This document shows positions 51,774-62,000 of a stretch of 64,000 nucleotides of DNA, piece by piece. Where the stretch lies: assembly GCA_041663565.1 (NCBI GenBank), contig JBAYMJ010000001.1, forward strand, positions 1,259 through 65,258, read 5' to 3'. Positions within the stretch are counted from its first letter, which is position 1. Each line of letters begins with the position of its first letter. The notes beneath the pieces are model-generated. The model had not been told where the DNA came from. It saw only the letters and a list, made by a program, of their open reading frames with translations, and ran no database searches. Position numbers and translations under genes: made by a program. This DNA is from Candidatus Micrarchaeia archaeon (lineage in GTDB: Archaea; Micrarchaeota; Micrarchaeia; Norongarragalinales; CAINOH01).

Positions 51774-54700
51774 TCATCTGTTGCATATGCCGTACTTGCC
51801 GGTGGCGGACTCGTGCGGGTTGGTGCAGTCGTTGGAGGCGCACTGCGAGTCGGTCTTGCAGAATGCGGTGCAGTAATAGTCCCCGGGCAGGCTGCCCGTG
51901 ACTATGCAGGCCTCGGTCGCGGCATTACACGAGTAGCACTGGCCGCTGTAAATCCTGTTCTGGCTGGCGCACACGTAGTTGGTCGTGGGAATGGTCGCGG
52001 AATCAGGGAACGACGCAGTGTACTTGGCCAGGCAGTTCTCGGCGCCGGTGACTGGATAGCACGAAATCTGCACGCTGGCCAGGTCCGCGTCGGTGGTGAT
52101 GCCCGCCTTGCTTCCGACTGCATCGACTGCGCAGCTGCCGGAGAGGAACGGCCTCACCGACACGCCGGGCTTTGCGCCGTTTGCGGTGGATGCGGCTGCA
52201 GGCGTCGGCGAGGCGCTTGAGACAGTGGGAGTTGCGGCAGGCGCGGACACGGCAGTTTGCGCGCAAGTCAGGCCGGCCGAAAGCGTCTTCACGGCGGCAT
52301 AACAGGTGGCGTCAAGCCCGCAGGCGGTGCACGCGCCGCCCGTTGACGGGACGATGCACTTGTTGGCCGGGTTGAGATAGACGTTGTAGAGGAAAAGGCC
52401 GTTGTTGGTGCCGGAAACGTAGTTGGCGTCGCTGCACTTGGCTGCATCGGTTCCTGCAGAATCGCACGGGCTGCTGTGCGGGCAGGCGGAAGTCGAGGAA
52501 GTGGAGACCGCCGCGGAAAGGTAGCAGTCGGGCTTCAATGGAAGGCACGCGCCGTCGTCCGAGCTTGACACGCCGGAGCTGCAGCACAGGCGCGGGTTGC
52601 GCTCGACGATGCCGGAGACCGCGTTCAGGTACTTGTCCGTGACGTCCTTTTCACTGCAGGTCGAATAACCGGCCACTATGGTCTGCTCGGCATCGTTGAT
52701 CAGCCGGTAGGAGCCGGAGTTGCGGTAGATCTGGCTGCCGGTGCACTTGCTGCTGCAGACAGTGCCATCGGTCAGGCCCAAGTCGCAGTCGTAAGCGGTG
52801 TTTGCCTTCTGGCCGGGGTACGCGAACAGGTACAACGGCCGCGAGGACGACGCGGAGCCGGCCATCGGGAGTGCTATCCTGGTGTCCGAATCACCTGCAG
52901 CCAGGGGGTACTCGAACGTCCCGGTGATGTCCTTCGGGACCGCGTAGCCCATCGCCGTCGGGTCATAGTGGAACCACAGCACGCGCAGAGCCCCGCCCTC
53001 GTTCGCGGTCACGTAAAGGTCTGGAAGGACGCGCTTGCCCGTCGAGCCCACTGCCCCGAGCTTCAGAAGGTCCAATGCGTTGAAAGCGGTCTTCTTCTTC
53101 GTGTTGTAGGCCGTGCAGCTGGCATCTAGGTTGCGCAGCTCTGCAAGCGCGGCATTTACCTCCTCGGCCATCTTCTCGTGGGTCAAAGCTATGCCACTGC
53201 TGTCAAATGGGTGCAGGACCGCCTTCAACGGGTCGAGGTTGTCGTTCTCGTTCGCGCACGAGGACGGAGTTGAGCAGGCCTTTACCTGTATCTTGTCGTA
53301 GGAGAACACGCCGGGGTTTGCGTCCCCTGCAGCCGAGGCGATGTAGCCCGGGGTCAGGTTCACCCAAGTGCCCTCGTATAGCCCGAGGGGGCCGGAGTTC
53401 TGCGTCTTGACCCTGAAGAACATCGTGTCCTTTCCGACGAGGAGGTTGCTGAATACATAAATCGACTTGTCCAACGTGCGCGAAGTGTATGCTGTATCGT
53501 AGGCGAACTGCGCGTTGCCGTCCGAGTCGAAGGGCACGAACATATCGTCAGTCTTGTCGTACAACCCCACGCCGAACGCGTACTTTGCGGAAGACGTGTC
53601 GAAATCGGGTACGAGATACAGGTATGCGGAGCCCCAGTTGAAGCCTATCTGGACGTACGAGTCCGTGGAGTGGGTGCTGCTCAGGTAGACCCAGGAGGAC
53701 GACGAGTCGGTCTTCATCATGTCCTTGACGTCGGCTTTGGGCGGATAAGTGACGAGCACGTATATCGAGCCGTCCTTGGGTATGTCCTGCGACGTGACGG
53801 AAGTGCCGTCCATGTTTGTCAGGGTCGCATACAAGGAGGCGAACGTGACGCCTTTTGCGGTGCTTCCGTCGCCAAGGTCGTTCCTTACCTCAAGTATAAG
53901 CCCTGAAACCGGCAGGAGGGGCGACAGGCCGAGATTCTTCTTCGAGCAGGATTGCAAGAGGCCGCACCCATCGTACCTTGCAAGCTCAGTAGTTCCGGTC
54001 GAGTCGTAGAACTTCTTGTCCTTCAGCGAGTAGACCACGGAGCTGGAAGCGCCGGGAGTGACGGTCACCGTCGGGGTCGCGGATGGCGAGACGGTCGCAG
54101 TAGGCACCGGCGAGCCTGTGGGAGCAGGCGAGGCCGTCGCCGTTGCAGTCGGGGTCGCCGACGGAATCGCGGCGCATCCGGTCCCCGCGCTGTTGCATAT
54201 GATGCATCCGTAGCAGCCTACGGGCGGGTTGGAAGCCTGGGAAGTGCTTACGCACGTGCCGAACTGCATGTTGCTTATCTGCACGCAGACGGGCGTATCC
54301 GAGGGGCATCCGTTGAGCGTGCGGTCATCCTTGTGGGCATAGTTGCACGTGCAGAGGTCCTTTGACGAGTCGTCCGGCTTCTCGCGGCACGTAAGCGGGT
54401 TGTTGCAGTTCTGCGCGTAGTAGTCGCACGTCGAGCCGAGCCCATTCGAGGTGGTCTTCGTGCACACGTTGCTTATGCAGTCCGTGCCTGATTCGCAGCA
54501 CTCGGACAGGGAATCCTTGCACGAGTCGCCTTCCTTGACCGTGGACTCGCACGAGTCGGGGCAGACTATGCCGAGCGGGCCGCAAAGTTCGGTGCTTGCC
54601 TTTTGGCACATGTCGGTGGAGTTGCAGTTCCCGCTCTCGCACTCGTCGTCGTCCTCGCAGGACTCGCCGTTTGCCTTCGTGGTGGCGTTCTTGACCGTGA

Positions 54701-57700
54701 AGTTGAACGTGATTACTGTCGCGCCCGTGCCGCACTTGCCGCCGTTCTCGGCGAGGTTGCAGCAGGTCGCGGAGAACACGTTCATGCCTTCCGAAAGCGG
54801 GGCGGTGTCGGTGCCTGCGTTGAGCGACATCGCCATCGTGTGCACCTGCGAGTTGGTGCCGGACGGGAACGTGTAAAGGTTGTCGAGCTTGCACACCGCC
54901 GGCTTGTCAGTTGTGAGGAGTATGTTGAACGGCTGGTAGGTGATGACCGCGCCCGAAACCGGGTAGGAGGAGACTATCTTTGGCCCCACCGGGTCGATGG
55001 TGCCTGGGCAGTTCTTTATCTCGACGGTGGTTGATGCCTTGCGCGGGCCCGCAACTGCGGTGACAAGCAGTTGGAGCGTCTTGTTTGTTGACGCGGGCAC
55101 CACGGTGAAGTCGGTGCTTGCGCCGCGCGCCATCTCGAAGGTGTACCCCGAATCAAGCGAAACCAGCGTGCCGTCGAAACTTGCCGTCTTTCCGGCCACC
55201 AGGCCGGTTCCTGCGAGGCTTGCGCCGGGCTTTGCGCCTGCAAGGGCGCTTGATGAGTCGAGCACGAGGCCCGTGCCCTTTATGGTGACGCTCACCGTGC
55301 CTTCGACGTCGGAGGACAGGTTGTTAGCCACGGTGATTGTAGCCGAAGTGTCGCAGTTGCCCTCTTCGGAGGTGCAGACTACCTTGGACGGCGTGACCGA
55401 GAGGAACTTGTCAGCAGAGTCTGCCGCGCAGGTGGTGTACTTGACGGTCTGCACGTCGCGGCTCTTGTCGCGGCCCTCGGCGTTGAATGTTATCGAGCAG
55501 TCCTTGCCGTAGGCTGCCGGGCGTACGGTGAAGATGCCGAGCCTGCTTTCGGGCAGGGTGAACTTGTACGACTGCGAGAACGAATCGTACGCGACGTAGG
55601 AAGTGGCGTTGTAGTAGGAGGTCGGCACGCTCGTCTCGTCGTATGCGGTCTGGCTGTACACGTAGGACGACATTATCGCGCACGAGGACGAGGCGACTAT
55701 GGAGACGTTGAGCGGCAGGCTGTTGCGTATCTTTATCGAGCGCTCGTCGGTCTTCCCGCACACGTCCAGGTCTAAGGGAGTGACTGAGAGGAAGTCGTCG
55801 GAGTTCACTGACACGTTCTGGCGCACTGTCGCGTAGTTGGGCTGCTCGACTATGACTTCGAACACGCCATTCGCGGTCGGGTAGACGTCACTGAACGTGT
55901 AGATGCCGTTGTAGCCCTGGCCCGAGCTGAACACCGAGCTTCCGGTCATCGGTTCGGGCACGCTGCCGTCAAACGGCGAACCGGTGGTCTCGTTTATCGA
56001 AACGGTTGCATCGGTGATTGCATTCCCGGAGTTGGCGTCCGCGACCTTGATTGAGAGGTCGGAATACTGCGACGCGTTGATGCGGTCGGGCTTGACGTAG
56101 ACTATCTTCATCTTCCCTTCGCCTTCCAACGTGACGTAACCGGTGGCGCTCACGAGCGCAGTCTGGCCGTCGTAGAAGCGTATCGTGAACGCGCCGGAAG
56201 TGACTGGAACCACGGGAAGCATGTAGAACGAGAGCGACGCGGGGTCGGAGAATGGCAAAAGCTGGACCGTGACGTTGGATATGGCCTTCGCCGACGAGTC
56301 GAGCACCTTGCTTTCGGAGTCGGTGACTATGGAGTAGTTGCGTATCTGCATGTTGCCGTTGTCCGAGCCCACGTAGATGCGGGGCGATTCCACTGCCTTG
56401 AGCAGGCGGACCTCCACTTTTGCGACCAGCGGGCTGTTGACCTCGCCCAGATAGGACGGGCCGTAGTTTGCGGTGCCGTCGGAGAAGTCAAGCGATATGC
56501 ACGCGGATGAAGTGCAAGTCGAGCGGCCGTTTGCCACCGAGAACACCGCCTTGTTGGACGCGGCGTAGCAGTAGTCGAGGCTTGCAGAGCGCAGCGCGGA
56601 GCCGAAAGTGGAGTCCTCGGGCGAGCGCAGGTACGTGTCGCTCGCGCTCCCGCCCGCGGAGTACCAGCCGTTGTAGTTTATCTGGAGCTTGTCGGACGAT
56701 GCCGCGTCGGTCTTTGAGAGTATGCGCACGGTTATCTCGCGGCTGCCGCTTTCGTTGGCAAACGAGAACGCGACCCACTTGAAGTAGCCGACCTCGGAGT
56801 TGGACTTGCGGTCGTTGGAGCACGAAGTCGACGGCACGTAGCTTGCCGCAAAGACCGGGTCAGTGGAGGCGGTGGTAGTGCCGTCGGAAAGTATGGCGAA
56901 CTTCTCCTTGGAGTCCGTTGCCGCAAGCGAGTCCTTGCCGACGGTGCCTGCGCGCACCATGAAGCCCATCCTCGATGAGGCCGAGCCTGACGGGACGTTG
57001 ACTATGAACTTCGCGTCGTACTGCCTGCCCTTGTCAACCAGCGTGACGTTGTTGCCTTTCTCGTCAAATAGCCCTGCGAACTTGACGAAGAACTGGTCCT
57101 TGAACGCGGACTGCAGAAGGTACGCGGTGTAGGCCTTCGAATCCCCGGTTGAGAGGACCATCGCCGGGGACACCAAGGTCTCGTAATAGGAAGCGGCGGT
57201 GTGGATATAGACGTTGGATTCCGCGCGCACGGTGAGCTCGCAGGCATAGGAGTTCGAGTAGCTGGTGGTGCACGACGTGTTGGCCATGTCTGCGCCGTAC
57301 GCGGTGACCGTCGCGTAGATGCCGGTGTCGTTCACCGCATCCCTCGTCGAGACGACTACCTTTGCCGTCGTCGGGTTCATCTTGACAGTAATCTTGGTGG
57401 CGTCACCTTCGTAGGCGCGATATAGCGCGCTCTTTCCGGTCTTGGGGCTCTTGTCCGCATAGACTGCGTAGTCCACGCCGAGCGAGACGTTGCCGATGGT
57501 GGCCGCCCCGTCGGCGTTGGTGCGGACAGCAGGGTACCCTGCGTTCCTGCCGTCGGAGGAGCGGACCGTGAGCGTCGCCTGCGCAACTGGAGTGGAGCCG
57601 TCCGCATCTACAACCTGCACCTCGAAGGAGCCCGCGGTGCCTGCGAGTATCTTCTTCAGCACGAGCTTTTCGCGCGAGCCCGGCTTCAGGCCGGAGACTG

Positions 57701-59006
57701 CCTTCGGAAGGTATCCTGCAAGGTATGCCGTAGCGTAGGAGGAGATGTTGTCAGTCGAGAAGTTGGTGTCGCCGTTGCGGGCAACTGCCTTGCCAAGCAG
57801 GGTGTCCGAACGCTCGCTGTAGAGGTTTACCTCCGCTGCAAGCGGCTTGCCCGACTCGTCGGCGACCGAGACGAATATCGGCGAGAGGCCGGAGGATGTC
57901 GATGCGGCCATGGTTGCGGTGATGACGTTCTCGTCAGAAGCCACCAGATAGTCGTAATAATAGTAAGGGTTGTACTTCCCGAGGTCGGCACCCGATGAGG
58001 AGATGCTGACAATTGCCTTGGTGCCTACTGGCACGTTCGCTATCGCTGCCTGGCCGCCGCTTGTGGACGCGGTGCCTAGGACCGAGCCGAGCGAGCTCGT
58101 CAGGACAACCTGCGCCTGCACGGGCTGCTGCTGTGAGTTGATGACCTTGACTATGACAGTGGTCTTCTTGTCGCACGCGCCGTTTGCGCAGTCGCTGTCC
58201 GACTTCTTCAGCGTGACCGTCTGGAGGAGACCTATCTTGGGGTCAATGCCGAAGTCCGTCGCGTTCGAAAACCCGGTGCGGGTGATGGTGACAAGAAGGG
58301 AGTCTGTCGAGGGGAGCTGTATCTTTGAGATGCCCTTCGCGTCGGTGTTGTACACGCCTATCTGCACGCCTGCAAGCGACTTTGCCTTCACCATCGCGCC
58401 CGCGATGGGAAGCCCGTCCTCGTCAACAACCGTGAGGCGGTAAACGTCGGGCTGCTTCTCCACGTCCTCCATGCTTATCTTGATTGTCGGGGTGCCCGCG
58501 GTCACTTCGCCGAGCGAATCGCTGTATTCCTTGAAGTTGGTCGCCGAGACGGTCACGTAGAGCTGCTTGCCAAGCGGTACGCCGGAGAACGTGGCCTTGC
58601 CGTCGCTGGACGTCGAGGTGCCCAGTATATCGCCGTTCGTGGAGTCGCCAACGTAGAGCGTGACCGTTGCGCCGTCGATTGCCTGGCCCGACGCGGAAAG
58701 GAGCGATATCGAGACCGTGCCGGTCTGGCCCGCGCCGGTTGCGACCATGAATATGCCGAGGCCCACGAGGAGCACGACCAGCACGCCTATGGGGAAGCTG
58801 GGTATGCCGTTCTTCTCTATCGGCTCGACGAAATACTCGTAAACAGGGACCCTAACCTTATCCTCCAGGTAGTCCATCAGCTCGTAGTACTTGTCTTCGA
58901 CGGAGAAGTACGCCTGCTTGAGCGGGTCGAGCGGCGATGAGTTCTTGCTTTCCTTGTCGGCTTTTTTTCCCTGAGCTGTTTTTTCGGACTTGTCGGAGGA
59001 CGGCAT
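51774..59006 (-). CDS. giant surface protein 2 (2410 aa): N-terminal TM anchor, CarboxypepD_reg-like repeats, conserved body shared with giant 3, Cys-rich modules, PT linker, Cys-rich C-terminus
   Basis: Uninterrupted 7.2-kb ORF. N-terminus ...IEKNGIPSFPIGVLVVLLVGLGIFMVA. Repeats such as GTVSISLLSASGQAIDGATVTLYVG...SDGKATFSGVPLGKQLYVTVSATNF. Cys-rich block CEDDDECESGNCNSTDMC...; linker ATPTATATASPAPTGSPVPTATVSPSATPTVTVTPG. Confidence 0.8.
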   Translation of the reverse strand: MPSSDKSEKTAQGKKADKESKNSSPLDPLKQAYFSVEDKYYELMDYLEDKVRVPVYEYFVEPIEKNGIPSFPIGVLVVLLVGLGIFMVATGAGQTGTVSISLLSASGQAIDGATVTLYVGDSTNGDILGTSTSSDGKATFSGVPLGKQLYVTVSATNFKEYSDSLGEVTAGTPTIKISMEDVEKQPDVYRLTVVDEDGLPIAGAMVKAKSLAGVQIGVYNTDAKGISKIQLPSTDSLLVTITRTGFSNATDFGIDPKIGLLQTVTLKKSDSDCANGACDKKTTVIVKVINSQQQPVQAQVVLTSSLGSVLGTASTSGGQAAIANVPVGTKAIVSISSSGADLGKYNPYYYYDYLVASDENVITATMAASTSSGLSPIFVSVADESGKPLAAEVNLYSERSDTLLGKAVARNGDTNFSTDNISSYATAYLAGYLPKAVSGLKPGSREKLVLKKILAGTAGSFEVQVVDADGSTPVAQATLTVRSSDGRNAGYPAVRTNADGAATIGNVSLGVDYAVYADKSPKTGKSALYRAYEGDATKITVKMNPTTAKVVVSTRDAVNDTGIYATVTAYGADMANTSCTTSYSNSYACELTVRAESNVYIHTAASYYETLVSPAMVLSTGDSKAYTAYLLQSAFKDQFFVKFAGLFDEKGNNVTLVDKGRQYDAKFIVNVPSGSASSRMGFMVRAGTVGKDSLAATDSKEKFAILSDGTTTASTDPVFAASYVPSTSCSNDRKSNSEVGYFKWVAFSFANESGSREITVRILSKTDAASSDKLQINYNGWYSAGGSASDTYLRSPEDSTFGSALRSASLDYCYAASNKAVFSVANGRSTCTSSACISLDFSDGTANYGPSYLGEVNSPLVAKVEVRLLKAVESPRIYVGSDNGNMQIRNYSIVTDSESKVLDSSAKAISNVTVQLLPFSDPASLSFYMLPVVPVTSGAFTIRFYDGQTALVSATGYVTLEGEGKMKIVYVKPDRINASQYSDLSIKVADANSGNAITDATVSINETTGSPFDGSVPEPMTGSSVFSSGQGYNGIYTFSDVYPTANGVFEVIVEQPNYATVRQNVSVNSDDFLSVTPLDLDVCGKTDERSIKIRNSLPLNVSIVASSSCAIMSSYVYSQTAYDETSVPTSYYNATSYVAYDSFSQSYKFTLPESRLGIFTVRPAAYGKDCSITFNAEGRDKSRDVQTVKYTTCAADSADKFLSVTPSKVVCTSEEGNCDTSATITVANNLSSDVEGTVSVTIKGTGLVLDSSSALAGAKPGASLAGTGLVAGKTASFDGTLVSLDSGYTFEMARGASTDFTVVPASTNKTLQLLVTAVAGPRKASTTVEIKNCPGTIDPVGPKIVSSYPVSGAVITYQPFNILLTTDKPAVCKLDNLYTFPSGTNSQVHTMAMSLNAGTDTAPLSEGMNVFSATCCNLAENGGKCGTGATVITFNFTVKNATTKANGESCEDDDECESGNCNSTDMCQKASTELCGPLGIVCPDSCESTVKEGDSCKDSLSECCESGTDCISNVCTKTTSNGLGSTCDYYAQNCNNPLTCREKPDDSSKDLCTCNYAHKDDRTLNGCPSDTPVCVQISNMQFGTCVSTSQASNPPVGCYGCIICNSAGTGCAAIPSATPTATATASPAPTGSPVPTATVSPSATPTVTVTPGASSSVVYSLKDKKFYDSTGTTELARYDGCGLLQSCSKKNLGLSPLLPVSGLILEVRNDLGDGSTAKGVTFASLYATLTNMDGTSVTSQDIPKDGSIYVLVTYPPKADVKDMMKTDSSSSWVYLSSTHSTDSYVQIGFNWGSAYLYLVPDFDTSSAKYAFGVGLYDKTDDMFVPFDSDGNAQFAYDTAYTSRTLDKSIYVFSNLLVGKDTMFFRVKTQNSGPLGLYEGTWVNLTPGYIASAAGDANPGVFSYDKIQVKACSTPSSCANENDNLDPLKAVLHPFDSSGIALTHEKMAEEVNAALAELRNLDASCTAYNTKKKTAFNALDLLKLGAVGSTGKRVLPDLYVTANEGGALRVLWFHYDPTAMGYAVPKDITGTFEYPLAAGDSDTRIALPMAGSASSSRPLYLFAYPGQKANTAYDCDLGLTDGTVCSSKCTGSQIYRNSGSYRLINDAEQTIVAGYSTCSEKDVTDKYLNAVSGIVERNPRLCCSSGVSSSDDGACLPLKPDCYLSAAVSTSSTSACPHSSPCDSAGTDAAKCSDANYVSGTNNGLFLYNVYLNPANKCIVPSTGGACTACGLDATCYAAVKTLSAGLTCAQTAVSAPAATPTVSSASPTPAAASTANGAKPGVSVRPFLSGSCAVDAVGSKAGITTDADLASVQISCYPVTGAENCLAKYTASFPDSATIPTTNYVCASQNRIYSGQCYSCNAATEACIVTGSLPGDYYCTAFCKTDSQCASNDCTNPHESATGKYGICNR

Positions 59007-59093
59007 AGGCTAACACTAATTTAAAACGGGCGATTGGGGCTTAAATAGGTTGCCGTATAGGAAAGCCCGACTTTATGCGGGAAGGTGCGTCGG

Positions 59094-62000
59094 CTACGAC
59101 GTACTTACTGAGCATATCGACTGTGGCGGGCAGATGTTCGGGAACCGCTGGTTGAATCCCGGCTCGTAGGGGCAGTCGGGGCTGCCGCAGCTTCCCTCGT
59201 AACTGCACATCGAGCATCCCTGACATCGCTTGTCCGACCGCAGGCATTTCTCGGTCTTTATGCCGCCCTGCACCGTCGGGAACGCCCTCCAGGACATGTC
59301 GTCGCAGCCGTTGCCGCCATCCCCGCACATCAGGTATTCCGTGTGGAAGCTGGACAGCCACTCGGTCCGGATACCGCAAGGTATGGTATAGCAACCGCCA
59401 CCAGGTGAGCACACCCTGCACATCTTGCAGCTGTCAGGCGAGATGCAGTTCTTGTCATACTGCGTGTACTCGTAGGTTATGCACCGTTTCTCCGGATACG
59501 CCAAGGCGTACGGGTCGAAGCCCTTGTCCTGCAAGCCGCCGTTGAAATTGGAGTACTCGAAGTGGGTCGAATCGCACCCGTGGCTGAAGCAGTCAGTGCA
59601 GTCCTCGCTGTCGCACGCCCCTGCGGAGTACGCCCTGCTGCCGTCGGACTTCACGTAAATCCAGTTGTTGGATGCGGTGATTACGCACGCGTCCTTGCTC
59701 CCCGCAACTAGGCACTCGCCGTTGCGCGACATCTTGGACACCGGGCACTTGTACTGCGGGTCCTCCTCGGTGAAGCCCGACACCGGGTTTGCGTACGCCG
59801 CGCCGCCGGACCCGCCCCCGCCCACGACCACCTTGAGACTACTTGCGAGTTCGGGAAGCGCCGCCTTCTCGGCGGACGTGCCGTCGCGATAGAAGTTGCC
59901 CTTGCTGCCCTTGACGTAGAGCGAAGACTCGGGCGTGTTGCACACCCCGCCGGGGTACTCGCAGAAGTAGCCCATGTTGTTGCGCTGCCCGGGGTATGCG
60001 AGAAGGTATTTCTGGTACGGCGACGCGAGCAGTGACAGCTTAGCCTCCTCGTCCAGCGTGCCGGGGTACTCGAAGGAGGGCGTGATGTCCTTTGCAGGGC
60101 CGTAGCTCATGCTTGCGGGGTTGTACTCCAGCCACACCACGTGCATCATCGCGCCTTCCTCGGCCGCGAGGAACACGTCGGAGAACCCGCCGCTGCCGTC
60201 GCCGATGCGAAGCGCATCAGTCATTGCGGAGCTGAAGATTGAATCCTTGCCCAAGTCCGAATACGTCTTGCGCAGGCTTGCGGTCTCAACCATCGCGCGG
60301 CTCGCCTTGGACGACATCGCCGAGTAGGCCACCGCGCCGCCGCCTGTAGAAAGCGGGTCCGCAAAGAATGCCATGGCCGACCGGGCCAGGGTGAGATTGC
60401 TGCTCCTGTGGCTGGTCTGCTTGACTGAATTTATGTGCATCGGCCAGACGTAGAAGGTCTGGTCGAGGTTGGACGCCGAGCCGAGGTTGCTTATGCCGTT
60501 GAAGCCCGGCCGGACTATCTTGGAAGGCTGGGAGGATGTAGTGCCTAACCCGAGGCCGTACGCGCCGGAGAGCATCACGTTGCTGAACAGGAACCCGGAG
60601 TAGCTCTCGCCGTGCTGCGGGCTGAAGTAGTACGCGTCGAACGAGGAGAGGTCGTTTGCGTACGGCACGAACAGGTTGAGACTGTTTTCGAACACGCCTG
60701 CGCTGAAGGCGTAGTTGTCCGTGTTGACCACGTTCGGCTGCACCGCAAGGGGCACCGAGGTCCTGCCGGAGCCGAAGTCGGGCATCACGTTCAGCGTTGC
60801 TGAAAGCGCGGAGAACCTGACCCGGCCCTCCGAGCTCGGCAGGTAGCCCGCGCCGTATCCCCAGGAGTTGGCATCAATCACGCTCGGGTCCATGTCCGGG
60901 AACGTCACGAGCACGTCCCTCACGCCGTTCGCCGCCACGTCTATCGATGAGGTTATCTTCGTGCCGCCAAGCTCGTACACCCCGAGCCTGTTGCCGTCGG
61001 TGTCGAACGATACGCTCCCCTTTGCTGCCTTGTGCGAGTTGTCTATGCGCAGCACGAAGCCCGCCGAGGGCACCATGGACGAGACGTCGAGGGTCACTTG
61101 CGCTGATGACAGTGCTGCGCCGTTGAGGTAGAACGAGTTGAGGTCGGTCCGGTAGGACACGAGCTTGCTTGCCGCGACGGGCGCGGGGTCGGTGCAAACG
61201 AACTGGTCCAGGTCGCACACCTGCGGGGAAGTGCACTCGGAATCCTTGGTGCAGCGCGTGCCGGTTACGCAGGCGTTGTTGCTGCATATCTTTCCGGACG
61301 GGCAGGTGGTCTTTTCGGTGTCGCGCGTGCATTCGACGCACGCGTACGACTTGGTGCAGGCCTTCTGGGTGGACGTGCAGCCGTTGTCGGGATAAGTGGA
61401 AAGCGGGTCGCAGCGGAGGCACTTTCCTGCGCTGCCGCACACCAAGCTGTCGCAGCAAAGCTGGCCCTTGTCCGTCTTGGAGCAGGCCGTGAACTCCTTC
61501 CTGCATTGCGCGGCAACGCACTTGAGAGTGGAGGTGTCGCACACGCTGCTTGCGTTGCAGTAGGTGTCGTTGCGGCACCCTGCTGTGCAGTTTCCGTTGA
61601 CGCATATCTTGCCAGTCCCGCACATGGCCTGTTCGGTTGCCTGCGTGCACGGGGCCGGCGAAGGGGACGGGCTTGGCGACGGCGAAGGCGATGGCGACGG
61701 GGTGGGAGTCAAAGTCGGGGTCACGTACTGGAAGTCGAAGCTTATCGGGACGTTCGCAGTCGTGCACTCGCCGCCCTTGCTGGACGGGTTGCAGCAGCCG
61801 ACGTAAGCCGTGTTGTAGCCCGGCTTGAACGCAAACGGCGTGCCCGAACCCTTGTTGTAGACCAAGTCGGTGCCGTAGTCGTAAGTACCGCCGGAGCTGG
61901 ACTTTTGCGAGAGCAGGTAGGGCAGCTGCTTTGCGGCCACGTTTTTCGGCCCGATGCGGCAGTACGCGTAAGTGTCAACCGTGACAAGCGCCGGGACGGA

